Source: Cetorhinus maximus
Lineage: Eukaryota
NCBI RefSeq assembly: GCF_964194155.1
Contig: NC_135893.1
Location: 22,506,001-22,570,000 of the forward strand
Length of the DNA stretch: 64,000 nt
Direction of reading: 5' to 3'
How positions within the stretch are numbered: the first letter of the stretch is position 1; the number at the start of each line of letters is the position of its first letter. Under the pieces are notes generated by a model. The model had not been told where the DNA came from and ran no database searches. It saw only the letters and a list, made by a program, of their open reading frames with translations. Shown here piece after piece: positions 13,251 through 25,489 of this stretch. The position numbers were made by a program, and so were the translations under genes.

Positions 13251-13504
13251 CAGATTCACAATCCTATCATTGCTCAAATAGGGTAATTTAGTGGAGTTTC
13301 CACAGCTCCACTCAATGCCCCTAGCACAAATTGGTGCAGAATGCAAAACCAAGCCATAGCAGGCCATGTGATTCAGGTTGTTTGTTGCAGAGCAAAAGTC
13401 ACATTGCAGTCACATTCAATGTTAATCCAATCCTCAACTGATAGTTTAACTGGGCTGTTGAATACAATAGGATCTTGCAACTCTAAAGTGTGAAGCCTGC
13501 TTAC

Positions 13505-13634
13505 CTGTATTGGCAATTGCTGAGCTAGGAAAGCACCAAGAAAATTGCATGAGTCACCTGCCAGCCAACCCAACAGGAACCAGATTGACACTGCTTGATC
13601 CATGTTTCCATTCTGAACAGAACTGTAACACTGC
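13505..13634 (-). CDS. SLC66A1: SLC66A1 coding exon 2 (QCYSSVQNGNMDQAVSIWFLLGWLAGDSCNFLGAFLAQQLPIQ)
   Basis: ttttag acceptor and gtaagc donor; 130 nt; GNMDQA and GDSCN motifs; first PQ spans the junction. Confidence 0.97.
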
Positions 13635-15054
13635 CTAAAATAAAATTAACGAGTTAAAAACAATTTCACAAAACCTTTAAGAAGAAAAAAAGATATAGAT
13701 ATCTCTTCTATATGATGCCCCAACCCAATGTTGGTGCATTCATTTCTGGTTATGGGGGAGGGAAGTTTGATAGCATGCCCATTAAAATGGTATATTCAGG
13801 TTCACTTAGGACACTTTGCATCTTAATATTTTTTAAATGGTGAAACACCTGGCACAAAAATGAAAACAAAAAAAACATTTGGATTTATCTATTTTGAAGA
13901 GACCATTCAGATACATGTTCCTTATGGCTACCTTGAGTGATTCTTTGCTCCCTTCTTCACAGAGGATCATCCTTCCCTATCAACCATATTAACAAAGGCA
14001 ATCTCAGATCTCCTTTGTTACTGATTCTGGGTATAGCAAAGAGAAGGTACAGAAACTGGGGAGTAGACTACCTCCTACAAAACCACACTTAAAAGTTAAG
14101 TTAGCAAAACCAATGATTTCAAAGTAATAGGGAAGTATTTGTTGCAGTATGAAACATCCTAAGTTTATTTGTGAGAGGACATGGTGGTGGTTGGGGAGAA
14201 TACAAATGGATTTCAAAAATCAAAATTGATTTTATTTATATATTTTTAAAAACATCTGGCTTGACTGGACACGGAATTCATCAAATTCTGCCTAAATGAT
14301 TGCAGAGGGAATTGGTTCCTCAAAGTGCTCTACACCCCAGTGATGGTGAACCTCACCCTTTCAGGTAATTTTTGTGACATTGGTTAAGGCAAAGTCATAA
14401 AATGACAAGCATGTTCCACACAGCAGCACAAAACACAACTAGGGAGATGAAACAATTTTAGAAGCAGAGAAAGCAACTGAGGAGAATGTAGAATAATTGC
14501 TCCTTTAATAGTTAACTTGTGAATTTAAAACATTTCCATTTATAGGAGATTCAGTAGTTTCTCCCCTTTTTTGCAGTACCAGAGTACACAGATTTAAAGT
14601 AATTTGGCAAAAGAACCAGAGGTGAAATGAGGAGACATTTTCTATGCAGCGAGTTTTGATGATGTAAATGTGCAGTGTTTAGGGGTGGCAGAAGCAGATT
14701 CAATAGTCACATTCAAACAGGAATTGTATAAATACTTTAAAAAAATTGCATGAGGAAATTGAGGTGGAGTGAGATTAATTGAACAGCTCTTTCAAAGGTG
14801 GGCTGAATGGCCACCTTCAATCTACAATAGATCTACGGTAGCTCACTGATTAAGTTGTTACAAATAGCTTGTGAACCAGGGTTTGAGGAGAAATCGTGCA
14901 CATTTTGGCAAAGACATTCCAGTCTGGAAAAAGATAGTGTTAAGATCCTGGAGTGCTCAAATGTTCTCTACATCCATTGATAACTATACCTGGTAGTGAT
15001 CCATATGGACCAACAAGTTCCAGATTCAGTCCCAAGTATGTTTTTAAATAAATT

Positions 15055-15510
15055 CTCAGAACGTGGTCATTATTGGCAAGGATGGCATTTATTAACCATC
15101 CTTAGTAGTTCTGAGAATGTGGATCACCTTCTTAAACCACTGTATAGTTTTGATACAATTGAGTGGCTTGTTAGACCACTTAGTTATGTCAGCTGCATTG
15201 CTCTGGGGCAGGTGCCATATAGGTCAGACCAGGTAACAATGCCTCATTTCTACCTTCTTTCAGTTCTGAAGACAGCCATATTCAACTTGAAACTGTTTCT
15301 CTCTTCAGATGCTGCCAGCCCGAGTATATCCAGCACATTGTTTTATTTCAGATTTCCAGCATCTGCAGTATTTTGCTCCTATTATAAAAGGACAGATTTC
15401 CTTCCCTGAAGGGCATTTGGAGGAGCTAGGTCCTTACAACAGTCCAGCAGTTTCGCAGCCACTTTTACTGACACCAGCTTTTAATTTTCCAGTTCTTTAA
15501 ACTGAATTAG
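15055..15510 (-). mobile_element. Short element joining the LINE 5' head region directly to its 3' tail, interrupted by a Penelope fragment (~15245-15385)
   Basis: 15055-15140 resembles the LINE tail; 15145-15240 and 15390-15510 resemble 51780-51990. Confidence 0.6.
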
Positions 15511-17717
15511 GTGATTTGAGTCCTGTGAACAGGAGAAAAAGAGCAAGAACTCCTGCTTCTGATTGCTATCTAGCCCATCTAAGTGAACAATTAAATGGGG
15601 GCAGCACCAGGCACAATTGTGATGCTAACCAGAGTTGAATAACCTGTCCGATGCATACTATCTAGGGTAACGCATGAAAAATGAACGCTTGGGCAAGGTG
15701 CTGACGATCAACCTGGTAGCTGTGGAACGCACACCTGAGAGTGTGTTTTCAGGAAGAGAGATGGGGAAAATAACAGACACATGCAGAATGAGATTGTGGT
15801 GGTGGAAATAATGGGGAAAAATTGGTAGTACAAGAGAACTGAAACTTAAAATTCATATTGATGCAAGTTTACTTAAAGTTAGTTTACTTAATTTCCTCAT
15901 TCTGGTTCGTCCACTGATCTTTGCTAAACCACCCATACATCAATGCTGCTGAATCAGTGACTTGTATTTCTCAACTCCAAACCTGTAGATGAGTCAGATA
16001 TATTCAATGCTGTAGTCTACCGCCATCAATACATCCCCCATTTCAGCACAGTACTAACCATTTATGACAAAGTGGAAGGTGACTTGATAGAAGATATTGG
16101 AGGGTTGAAGTAGTAAACAGCAGCAAGGTCATTTGAGACCTCAGGGGGTGGTCATCCCTGTTCAGTTGCAAGTGTCCCCCCAAGCCCAGTTAAGAGTCCC
16201 ATGCTATGGTTACAAGACATGGTCATTGGTGGCACCAACGAATTTTTGGTGGTGATGGTGGAAGAGCTAGAACCTTGTGGGACAACAGCTACTTACAGGC
16301 AAAATAACTTGTTTCCTTCAAGGACAGATGAGGAAGACAGCTGGAAACCACATGTATTCGTTTCCCTGATCATATCACTCACTGAAATTGAAACCAGGAA
16401 GCTCTTACAAGCAACTGAAGAGCAAAGTGCGAGCTTGCGAGGCAGAGATAAGGCAGAGGACCTGCCTTAGGCAGACTATGACTCCAATTAAGGGGGACTG
16501 AGGGTAGTTAGAGTGGAATCAGAGTCAAACCTGGAGGGAAATAGCTTAAACATTAAGGATAGGCCTTTCAAAAGTGAAAGTGAAGCTAGGTAACACTTCT
16601 GTTTTGAGGGATGGGCAATAAAAATGCTGGCCACAAAAGAATAATAAAACTTCTACAAACAAAGAGCTGTAGAAATTTGAAACGCTTAAGCAAACACAAA
16701 GTTGATGTTGATTAATTGTTAAATTTAAATCTGATAAATAGATTTTTGTTAACCAAGGGTATAAGGATAGGGGGCAAAGGTAGGGATATAGTCAAACCAC
16801 AGATCCAACCATGATCACAATGAATGACAGAACAGGCTCAAGGGGTTGAATGGTCTCCTCCTGTTCCTACATTCCTATAAAGTAACATGGGCTCATTTAT
16901 CTTAATCCGTTACACAACAGGTAAACGCATCATGTATTATACTATCATGTCATATAGACAAGGAAGATCTTGGGTTGATTAGCAGTCTTTGTTATGTTAA
17001 TAGATCTCATCCATTAAGGTTCTACAAATGGCTTATGGATTTTTAGGTTGAAGAAGGGGAAGATAATTGGATTTAAAACAAAACAAATGAAGGCTGATTG
17101 CTAAACAAGTCTAGCCAAACAGGCGAGCCATAAAATCCCAAATTCAATCCCCAGGCTGCCACTTATGGAATTGGAACCAGCAAAGAGTTTGCACTTAGAT
17201 GACAAAAGGTGAAAAAATATTAGAAGCTCAAACTGTACAAGTGCTGTCGCAATGACCTGTCCCTATCAGATCCCAGGTAACTTTCGACCAGCAAGAGAGC
17301 TCCAAATGCAGAAACTCACAGGCCTTTTGTTCTTTTACATGGAAAAACAACTTCTGTCAAGACTAAACCAGGGCATTTTGAATGGAAAGTGGGGTGAAGA
17401 GAAATGCCAGCTTGACCTGTTTATTTTCTGATTTTATTCCAGCTTTCCTCTTTATACTGATATGTCTGATTTTATGAAATCCGAAACAAAAAATTGCTGG
17501 AAAAACTCAGGTCTGACAGGTCCACAGTCTGTGGAGGGAAAGACAGAGTTAACGTTTCGAGTCCATATGCCTCTTCTTCAGAACCCTTCCAGCATCGGCA
17601 GTATTTTGCTTTTATCTTAGCGAAATCTGATTCGGTTTGGCGTTTAGCTGATGGACTGAATTATGATTATATCATTCATTATCAATGGCAATAGGAGTCC
17701 CAGTAAATTGTACTTAC

Positions 17718-17878
17718 GGGAAAGCAGACACCATGAAACAGAGGACAGAGAATAACCCCAGAACAATACTGGCCATGTCCCAGCCGTCTTGCGTGCACTC
17801 TTTCAAAATATTCCAAACAAATAGCGATCCGTTCGGGCAATTGGTAGTAAAATTTCCCATGAGGTAGCCAGCCATCAT
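17718..17878 (-). CDS. SLC66A1: SLC66A1 first coding exon (MMAGYLMGNFTTNCPNGSLFVWNILKECTQDGWDMASIVLGLFSVLCFMVSAFP)
   Basis: CPNG, ECxQDGWD motifs of the PQLC2 N-terminus; gtaagt donor; probable acceptor after a pyrimidine tract at ~17945; start could be ATG 17878, 17875 or 17860. Confidence 0.93.
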
Positions 17879-18339
17879 TCACACTGTGTTGTTTGGAGGA
17901 CTTCTGTTTCAAAGACAGCTTCTGCAGCAAGAGTCCAGTCAACACTTGGGAGGGTAACAGGAACAGAATGAAAGACACATAAACAATGCAAATTAAGTAC
18001 TGAAAGAAACTACATTAACACCCAGATTGGCGACAGTCTGTGTGATGTGAGCGACCCTTTGGTGAAGGGACAGAGAGGGGGGTGGGAAAAGAATTCAGCC
18101 AAGTTTAGGAGTTAAATAGCTGACTCGTGTTGGATTAAGAAGGGAATGGCTGTAACCAGGAAACGCAGACTTTCAGGTCTCTACACATTAATCTGTCCTT
18201 TCATTAATGTGTTGGCTTTGTACGGAGTGATTTTGTTAATAGTTGCATAAAAATGGCATTGGTCAGGGTTGTTTTACCGGATTTAGGCGGGGAGGGAGGG
18301 GAGGGAGTGGGGGGCGCTGAATCGGATTCGGTGCTCAAA

Positions 18340-18660
18340 TCCAGGCTCACTTGACAAACCCACTGCTTCCGCAATCCGTCTCCGCTTTAACCCCCATAAT
18401 CATTGAAAACCAAGACCCCGGTCCCCGCGAAATGAGCAGGTAACAGAAAACAATTAAGAAGCTCTTTACCCATCCAGCACTTCCCGAAATTGACAATCAA
18501 CAGCGGATGGAACACTCGGTCACATGATGAGTGATGCGGCAACACAGGTCACGTGAGAGAAGGTCTGAGACATCATTTGGGCTCGGGTTCCAGGACCATT
18601 CACGTGGCAATGGATAGGGACTGATTTACTGTCACGGTGGTTCCGTGTGTATTGGCTTGG
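18340..18660 (-). promoter_or_regulatory. Probable SLC66A1 promoter/non-coding first exon with CLEAR/M-box E-boxes
   Basis: Local CpG enrichment; GTCACATGA 18519-18527, GTCACGTGA 18548-18556, TCACGTGG 18600-18607; candidate minus-strand donors near 18469 and 18350. Confidence 0.6.
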
Positions 18661-18970
18661 GGTTTTCAATTCGCATCACAAAGCAGCCCGAGGAAACTAG
18701 CACCGAAAGTTACCACTTCAGCAATGTCTTTTTTTTTTGTTTTTTGGGGGGTGGTGGGGGTTGGGGGAATAGCAAGATCTTTCTAAATGAATTGCCTTTT
18801 TAGATGTGTTTAAAATCATTCTAACTGTGTTCAGCAATGTCTTGGTGCAAGCCTCTTAACATGTAAAAAAACAGTGGTTAATAGGTATTTATGTGTTAGC
18901 TGTGGCTCAGTGGATAGCACTCTTGTCCCTTCGTCATAAGGTTACGGTTTCAAGTCCTGCTCTAAGGCTT

Positions 18971-19639
18971 AGATAAAAGCAAAATACTCCGGACACAGGA
19001 AATCTGAAACAGACACACAAAAAGCTGGAAAAGCTCGGCAGTATCTGTGGAGAGAGAAACTGAGTTGACGTTTTGAGTCCGTATGACTTTCAGAGCTGCA
19101 GAGAAGTAGAAATGTGATGAAATTTAAACTGTTTAAGCTGGGTGGAGCAAGTGAAGCTGGATAGAAAGGCCAGTGATAGGTGGAGGCAAAGGAGAGATTG
19201 ACAAAGATGTCATGCACAAATGGTAGTGGTAAGGGCTTTAAAAAAAAAGGTGCTGATACTGGCAAATGTAAAAAAGCAGAATGTGGTAATAGCAGAACAA
19301 GGGTAAGCACTCTGAAAAGAACAACATGGACAAGTAACAGATGTGGTGGGGGGCAGTGGTCGGGGGGGGGGGGGAGATTGAAAATGGGATAAAAAGGGGG
19401 ATAAAACAATGAATAAATGAATAAAAATAAGTGGATAAAAAGTAAAAATGAATATTGAAAAAATGGGTGAAGATAGAGGAGAGAGTTCAAGGTCTGAAGT
19501 TGTTGAACTCAATACTAAGTCTGGAAGGCTGTAAAGTGCCTAATCGGAAGATGAGGTGCTGTTCCTCTTTTGTTCCTCTATTTTGCGTTGGGCTTCACTG
19601 GAACATTGCAGCAGGCCAAGGACAGACATGTGGGCATGG
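18971..19639 (-). mobile_element. Penelope-like fragment inserted in a SINE
   Basis: Similar to 55080-55700; 9-bp TSD ctaaggctt at 18962-18970 and 19640-19648. Confidence 0.85.
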
Positions 19640-19944
19640 CTAAGGCTTGCTTGAGTGCAGAAATCAAGGACATTCCAGTGCAGCACTGAGGGACTGCTAT
19701 GCTTTCTTTCAGATGGGATGTTAAAGTAAGGGACCATCTGCCTGTTTAGGTGGATGTAAAAGATCCCATGGCATTATTTTGAAGAAGAGCAGACTTATCT
19801 TCAGTGTCCTGGTCAATGCTTATCCCTCCATCAACATTACAAAAAAATTATCTGGTCATTATCACATTGATGTTTGTGGTTGTTTGCTATGCATGTTGGT
19901 CACCATGTTTCCCATGTTACAACAGTGACTATACTTAAAAAGTG

Positions 19945-20398
19945 TTAGAAAGAAACTCAATGCAAGCTCAAGGAACAGCAGCTCATCTTTGGACTCGGCA
20001 CTCTACAGCCGTCTGGATTCAACATTGTCATAATCTCTGCCTCCATTTTGTTTTTTTTTGATGGTTCGATTTTTTTCTCTTTATTTCCTCACTTTGCATT
20101 CCGAGGGCTGCTGTGCATTGATTCACACTTCATCTGGAAACATCTTTTGTTTCTTTACCATTACCATCCCTTTGGCTTTGTACCATGAAACCTTTTTGTC
20201 ATTTAATTCTTCCTTCCCTCCATCACCTTGCCTTTTGTTCTTCTCCTCCCCCTTTCACTTGCTCAAAATCTATTCAGTTTCCATCTTTCCTCAGTTCTGA
20301 TGAGAGGACATTGATTTGAAACATTAACTCTGTTTCTCTCCTGGAATGCTGCCTGCCTGATCTGCATAATATTTCCAGCATTTTCTGTTTTTATTTCA
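19945..20398 (+). mobile_element. Older Penelope-like fragment inserted in the same SINE
   Basis: KLKEQQLIFGLGTLQPSGFN endonuclease C-terminus plus the pyrimidine-rich family tail. Confidence 0.75.
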
Positions 20399-20609
20399 AA
20401 AGTAATTCATTGGCTGTGCTCATGGATGTCTGATGGCAGTGTAACGTGATATATGGATGCAAGTCTTATTTATAAATTTAACATGCAGGCATATTTGCCT
20501 GTTTTGCAGGGAAAAGTGTAAGTGCACGAAAGTCTACAGGATGGGATACAAATAATGAAAGCACTCTTCTAGGAAGTATGGGTGCATATCCCTGCAGCCT
20601 TTTTAAAAT

Positions 20610-20750
20610 TTATTTAATCATGGGATGTGGGCTTTGCCGGCTAGGCCTGCATTTATTGCCCATCTCTTACCCTTGAGAAGGAGGCGGTGAGCCGCCTTCT
20701 TGAATTGCTGCAGTCCATGTGGTGTAGGAACATCCACAGTGCTGTTAACA
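20610..20750 (-). mobile_element. 3' tail fragment of the same LINE family
   Basis: catgggatgtggg...gcatttattgcccatc...ccttcttgaattgctgcagtccatgtggtgtagg matches 48915-49040. Confidence 0.8.
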
Positions 20751-21054
20751 GATAGCCAGTTAATCACATTTTGGGATTGACTGCCCATTATTTTGAAACC
20801 AACCAATAATGTTGTTTTGGGAATCCGGGAAAGAATGAGTGATGAGAAGGGTTTCAGGGGAAGAAAACTCAAATGCGTGCACAGTGCACGAAAGTCAAAA
20901 TCAATTTTCATGTTATTCCTGTGCCATAAACTAAATTTGCAAACAGATATAAATTATTTTGCATTCAATTTTCATCAGCACTCTGCCTCCATCCCAGATC
21001 ATTCCGAATTGGTAAAAGGTGACCACCATTTCGGGCTCTCATTTTTAGGTCTCT

Positions 21055-21445
21055 GTTTGTAGCACTCTCCATCTGTCCTTGTGGGTTCAAGCACATTTCA
21101 GAGCTTGAGCACATAATCCTAGATGCACTCCAGTGCAGCGCCAAAGGAATGATGTATTGTTGAAGGTGTTGTCCTTCAAATTAGACATTAAACTGAGATT
21201 CTGTCTACCTGTCCTGGTGATTTAGAGGGACATTAAAGAACTCATTGTGCAATTTAAAGAGTGGATAAATTCTTCAGGTGTCCTGGACAAAATTCCCCCC
21301 AAAACAAAAACAAATTAACTGGTTATTCATCTTGTTTCTATTTTTGGGACCTTATATGCAAAGTAGCTTCTGTATAATCACAGTCACTGTACTTCAATAA
21401 AATTCTTGCATAGAAATTGATTTGGATATTTCTGAATGATATGAG
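21055..21445 (+). mobile_element. Deu-domain SINE copy (diverged)
   Basis: gggttcaagc..cttgagcacataatc..cagtgcag..gtgtcctggacaa..ctggttattcatc; colinear with 19650-19940. Confidence 0.7.
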
Positions 21446-21929
21446 CTGAGCATCCAATCTCTCCTGAAAAGGGGGGAATGGGAAACCAGGAAGATAAGCA
21501 AGGGGTGCTACAGACCAGGATGATTAGAGGAAGGAAGTGAAGACTGAAAGAGGGGCGAATGGGAGATCAAGAGTCTAAAAGAGAAGCTAGAAACTGGGAG
21601 TTTGTAAGCGGGGTTGGCTGGAGGCTTGGTCTGAGAGAAGGGAATGGCGAAAGCAGCACTTTCCAGGAAATAGAGAATAGTGGGACCGTGCCAAAAGCAG
21701 GTGAATGTCTTCTCAAAATGAACTACAGTGAAATCCACCACAATACCTTGCATATAAGGCAACTAATTTTCAACCCCTGAACAATGATCTACATTTCTAG
21801 TCGTTGGCACTAGACCTGTCCTTTGGGAAATATCATACTCGGGAACAGTGCTTACATACAATAGAAAAGGGAGGGTCACCTGAATTCTGATGATGGATCA
21901 GTAATTAAACATTATCTTTTTCTATTTCA

Positions 21930-22195
21930 AAAAAGAAAGACTTGCATTTACAACCATTTTAACCTTTAATGACCTCAGGATGAATTAAAATACTTTACAG
22001 CCAATGAAATACTTTTGAAGTGTAGTCAATGTTGTAATGTAGGAGTCATGGAGGCTAATTTGTACACAGCAAGCTCCCATAAACAGCAATGTGATGATGA
22101 CCAGATAAAAAGATTTGTGTGCTCAAGTCCTAGATTGGGACTCGAACCCACAACATTCTGACACAGTACTACCAACAGAACTACAGCTGATACAA
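21930..22195 (-). mobile_element. Deu-domain SINE copy, internally deleted
   Basis: aaagacttgcattta...cagccaatgaaatacttttgaagtgtagtc...gaccagataa; head ggactcgaacccac. Confidence 0.75.
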
Positions 22196-22211
22196 GATGT
22201 TTTTATATTAT

Positions 22212-23478
22212 GGGTGGAATCATCCCAGATTTGTACTAAGTGTGGTAGCAAGCAGGAAAAAGGATGTTTTACCCGCTGGCTGCAATGGCAGCTTTTCACA
22301 CCGTTTTGTCCCAATCTCACCTTATTGATTATGCAGCCACAGGAAACATGCCATCTCACTGGCGGGTAGCATCTGAATTGCCCGCCATGCCATTACCTTG
22401 CCACTTCCTCACTCCGGGGGCCATATCCAAACTGCAGCCAACCACACAGTTCTCAATGCTTGCAGCCCTGGACTGCTCCAGAGAAGACTTTGCCCTAAAA
22501 GCCAAGAAGCGTTCTGTGATCTGTCACTGGAATGCCTTTTGGAGGCCCCCCCTGATGTCCTCCACCCCCACTCCACTCCAACTCTGGTTGCACGAGGCCC
22601 AGCAATCTCACCACTCCAGCTTGGGAGGTAGTGGCAGTGGTGGTCAGTGCCAACACTGCACGGAAGTGGTTGGCTATCCAGTGCAGAAAGAGGATGAATT
22701 ATCTCATCCATGCCGCCAGGGTAAGGCAACCATCTCATCACTCTAAACTCACACACACAAGCCCATCACACATTCACTGGAATCTCACTCACTGCCAGCT
22801 CAAGGGACATCAGCACTCACTCACTCATACACACTCTCACATCTCCATCTGGCCTCATCTCCTCTGGAGATTACCTCCTCAGCCCTCATCATCTTGAGGC
22901 CACTTGCACAGGTCAACATGTGCCCCCATGCATGCCCTCCCTTCCCCAGTACAGCCCTAGCCCTGCAGCCTTTTCCATTGCCTGAGACCACTTCTCCCCC
23001 TTCCCCAAGCAACCTGCAGCTGTTGAAAAGCTATCACTGCCTTATGGCTGGTTTGGTAGGTAGGCATCTTCCCATGAGCCCCCCCTAAAAGTGATGTGGT
23101 ACTGCCTGCAAAGCCTGGTGCTGATGACCGCGAGTGCTGCCCATAACCAGGTAGGCAAACAAACCTCGAAGTTCCGAGCTAAGTGCAACTCGAGAGGTGC
23201 ACGCCGGTTATCTACAGTTGAGAAACACGGCATGATTGCTTGGATAATCCAGCAAGGGGGATGATTCTGGCGAGCTGGGCTTATAATGTTATGCACATGA
23301 ATTACAATGAAGTGCCCAATGAGGGGTGGTGGGAAACGCAGCCCGCCACTGACGGGTAGAGCGGACAATTGCAAACTGGTTCTATGACTTTGTGAAACCG
23401 ATTTTTGGCCTTCCCACCATATTGTCCGCTCATGCCCGCCATGATGCCTGATGCCAGTGGGCACAGAAAATTCTGCCC
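22212..23478. mobile_element. Non-autonomous internal-deletion derivative of the same or a closely related Harbinger family
   Basis: Left part aligns by eye to 43241-43800 and right part to ~47900-48313; termini gggtggaatcat...aaaattctgccc; TAT on both flanks. Confidence 0.85.
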
Positions 23479-25139
23479 TATGTGCCCAGCTGACAGGAGA
23501 TATTTGGGTCTCTTCCTAAATCCCCTTCCCCTGCTCCACGTGCATATATAGTATAAATACCTCTATGCTCAAGTTACTGATGGCATCGATAAGAATGTGC
23601 TATTGAATTAAGGGGCTGGTTTCAATTAAGTAAATACGGGAGTCTGGGTCCCTGCATTTCTATGATGTAGAAAATGGATCTCTGCACTCAACAGTGGAGA
23701 TAGTAAGGAGAGGAGTAATAAAGGGCAGAAGTGAGGTGAATATAAAGGAGCCAAATAGATAATGAAGAGGACAATGGTTGGTAATATTTGGAAGGCAACA
23801 AAGAAGCAATGGGTATGGAAAGGGGAAGAATGGTGACAGCTATGAAGGGGAGGAGCTGGGATGATCAATCAAAAGTGAGGGGAAAAGAGTGTCAACATTC
23901 ACTGGGAGGAGGGGTATAGTGTAATTTTTAATGGAAGCTGGATGGAAAAGAATGTCAGCTTTATCAAAGGGTGGGGGAGGGAGAATGGCAACATTTACAG
24001 AGTGGTAGAAGATAGTTACCAACTTAAATTAAGTTGAATGGAGCATAGAGAGTTGTTGAATTTGAGTGTGGGGTAAGGAAGAAAAGTGCCTTTATAAACT
24101 GGTGGTGTATTTGTGGAGTTTAGAGTGTCTTTGAGAAAAGAATGGGGAGTTGCACAAGGTAAAGTTTATTTTGGGGGGGGAAAGAAGAACAGATGTGGGA
24201 ATCTCTCTACTGAGATAACTTTAGGTAATGTGATGATCAGGTTCATGTATTAAAAATCCAGATGTCACTTAGTTTTCTTAATTTCCTTAAGAAAATTATT
24301 TTGTTTCTTATTAACTTGAGAAATATAGAAGTGGTTAAAAATAATGCAGCATTCTATTACATGAAAGACACTACATAAATATATGTTGTTGTTGTAACCA
24401 GAATGCATACTTCGTAATATGTAAGTTCAAATTTTCCATGGGAATATGATGCCCAGGATTCCCCTCCTTGAAGGAAAACATCACCAATTTTGCGTATTCA
24501 ACATTTGGATTTTTCCCTTGAGGCTCTCAGGTGCTTACATTTATTTTCCCAACCATTACAAGCAAAGTAATCAAAACAGAAAATGCTGAAAGCAGTCAGC
24601 AGGTCACACGGCATCAGTGCAGAGAAAAACAAAGTTAACCTTTCGGGTCAATGATCTCTTATCAGAACTGGAACGAGATAAGAGATTTAACGCAACAGAG
24701 ATTTAACAGTTTATAAGCAAGTACAGAGCAAGAGGGGGGGAGGGGGGGGGAGAAAAGAGCAGAGTGTGAAATGTAGAACTGAACTAAACAAAAAGAAAAG
24801 CTGTGATAAAGTGGAGTGACAGAAGGGACAACGGGAAGAAGGCAAAATAGGGGAGCCTTAATGAGACCATAAAGAAACAAAAGATGGGTCCAGCTGGAGG
24901 AATGTTGGGTAGTTGGACATCTTAGTTACCAGTGTTGTATAACCACTTATTGTTATCCCTCATAAGGGATGTTCTTGTGTTGTGGGCTTTTTGGGAGACT
25001 GTGTCCACTATTTTTCAAGCATTTGGTCGCCTTTTTCACTGGGTTGTCCTGTCTAATTGTGGGTCACTGCTTATTTTCACTTGTTGTGGGCTTGGATCAG
25101 GGGATGTCCTGGAGTTGTGTTTGAGGCTGTTGTTGCCTC

Positions 25140-25489
25140 CTTTCCCCCCGCCCGCCCGCCCGCCCCATTTTCTAGGCTGGCCTGCATGTGGTATTACCTT
25201 GGAACAGGATGAAGTTGTTTCCGTGTCCTTTTTTTGTTGTGCCCGGGGTGGGGGCGCGGGCGGATATTGTGATAAAAATAAAGCTGCAGTTTTGTTTGGT
25301 TTGACGCTGTCAGGTTGTGAGGCGGCCTCGGTCGATTTGTGGGTGTTGCCATGGTGACGGCGCTTGTATGAGGTAACGCTCCCCTGAGCGTTGACAGGAT
25401 TAACGTTTCCCTTCAGACTCCGGCTCAGACGCCAGCTTCTTTCTCCCGCCACCATGTTGAAAACCAGGACGGAGGTTTAAGCCGTCAAA
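25140..25489 (+). promoter_or_regulatory. PINK1 CpG-rich promoter/5' UTR with GC boxes and an RFX X-box-like motif
   Basis: ccgccc repeats ~25148-25165; GTTGCCATGGTGAC 25345-25358; CpG-rich through exon 1. Confidence 0.65.

Larger units (their letters stand above)
18890..20475 (+). mobile_element. tRNA-derived Deu-domain SINE (SacSINE1/AmnSINE1-like) split by two Penelope insertions
   Basis: Head tggctcagtgg...gtttcaagtcc; Deu-like aaagatcccatggcattattttgaagaagagc...tatctggtcattatcacattg; tail gatgcaagtc. Confidence 0.8.

Noticed and set aside
18890-18965. tRNA genes here and at ~52010-52093
   Set aside because: Only A/B-box-like motifs continuing into SINE/LINE bodies; no convincing cloverleaf
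18969-19490. 173-aa hydrophobic ORF
   Set aside because: Low-complexity pyrimidine-rich tail of a Penelope fragment
25036-25455. 139-aa antisense protein at the PINK1 promoter
   Set aside because: No recognisable homology; open frames are expected by chance in GC-rich promoters. Kept only as a possible non-coding exon
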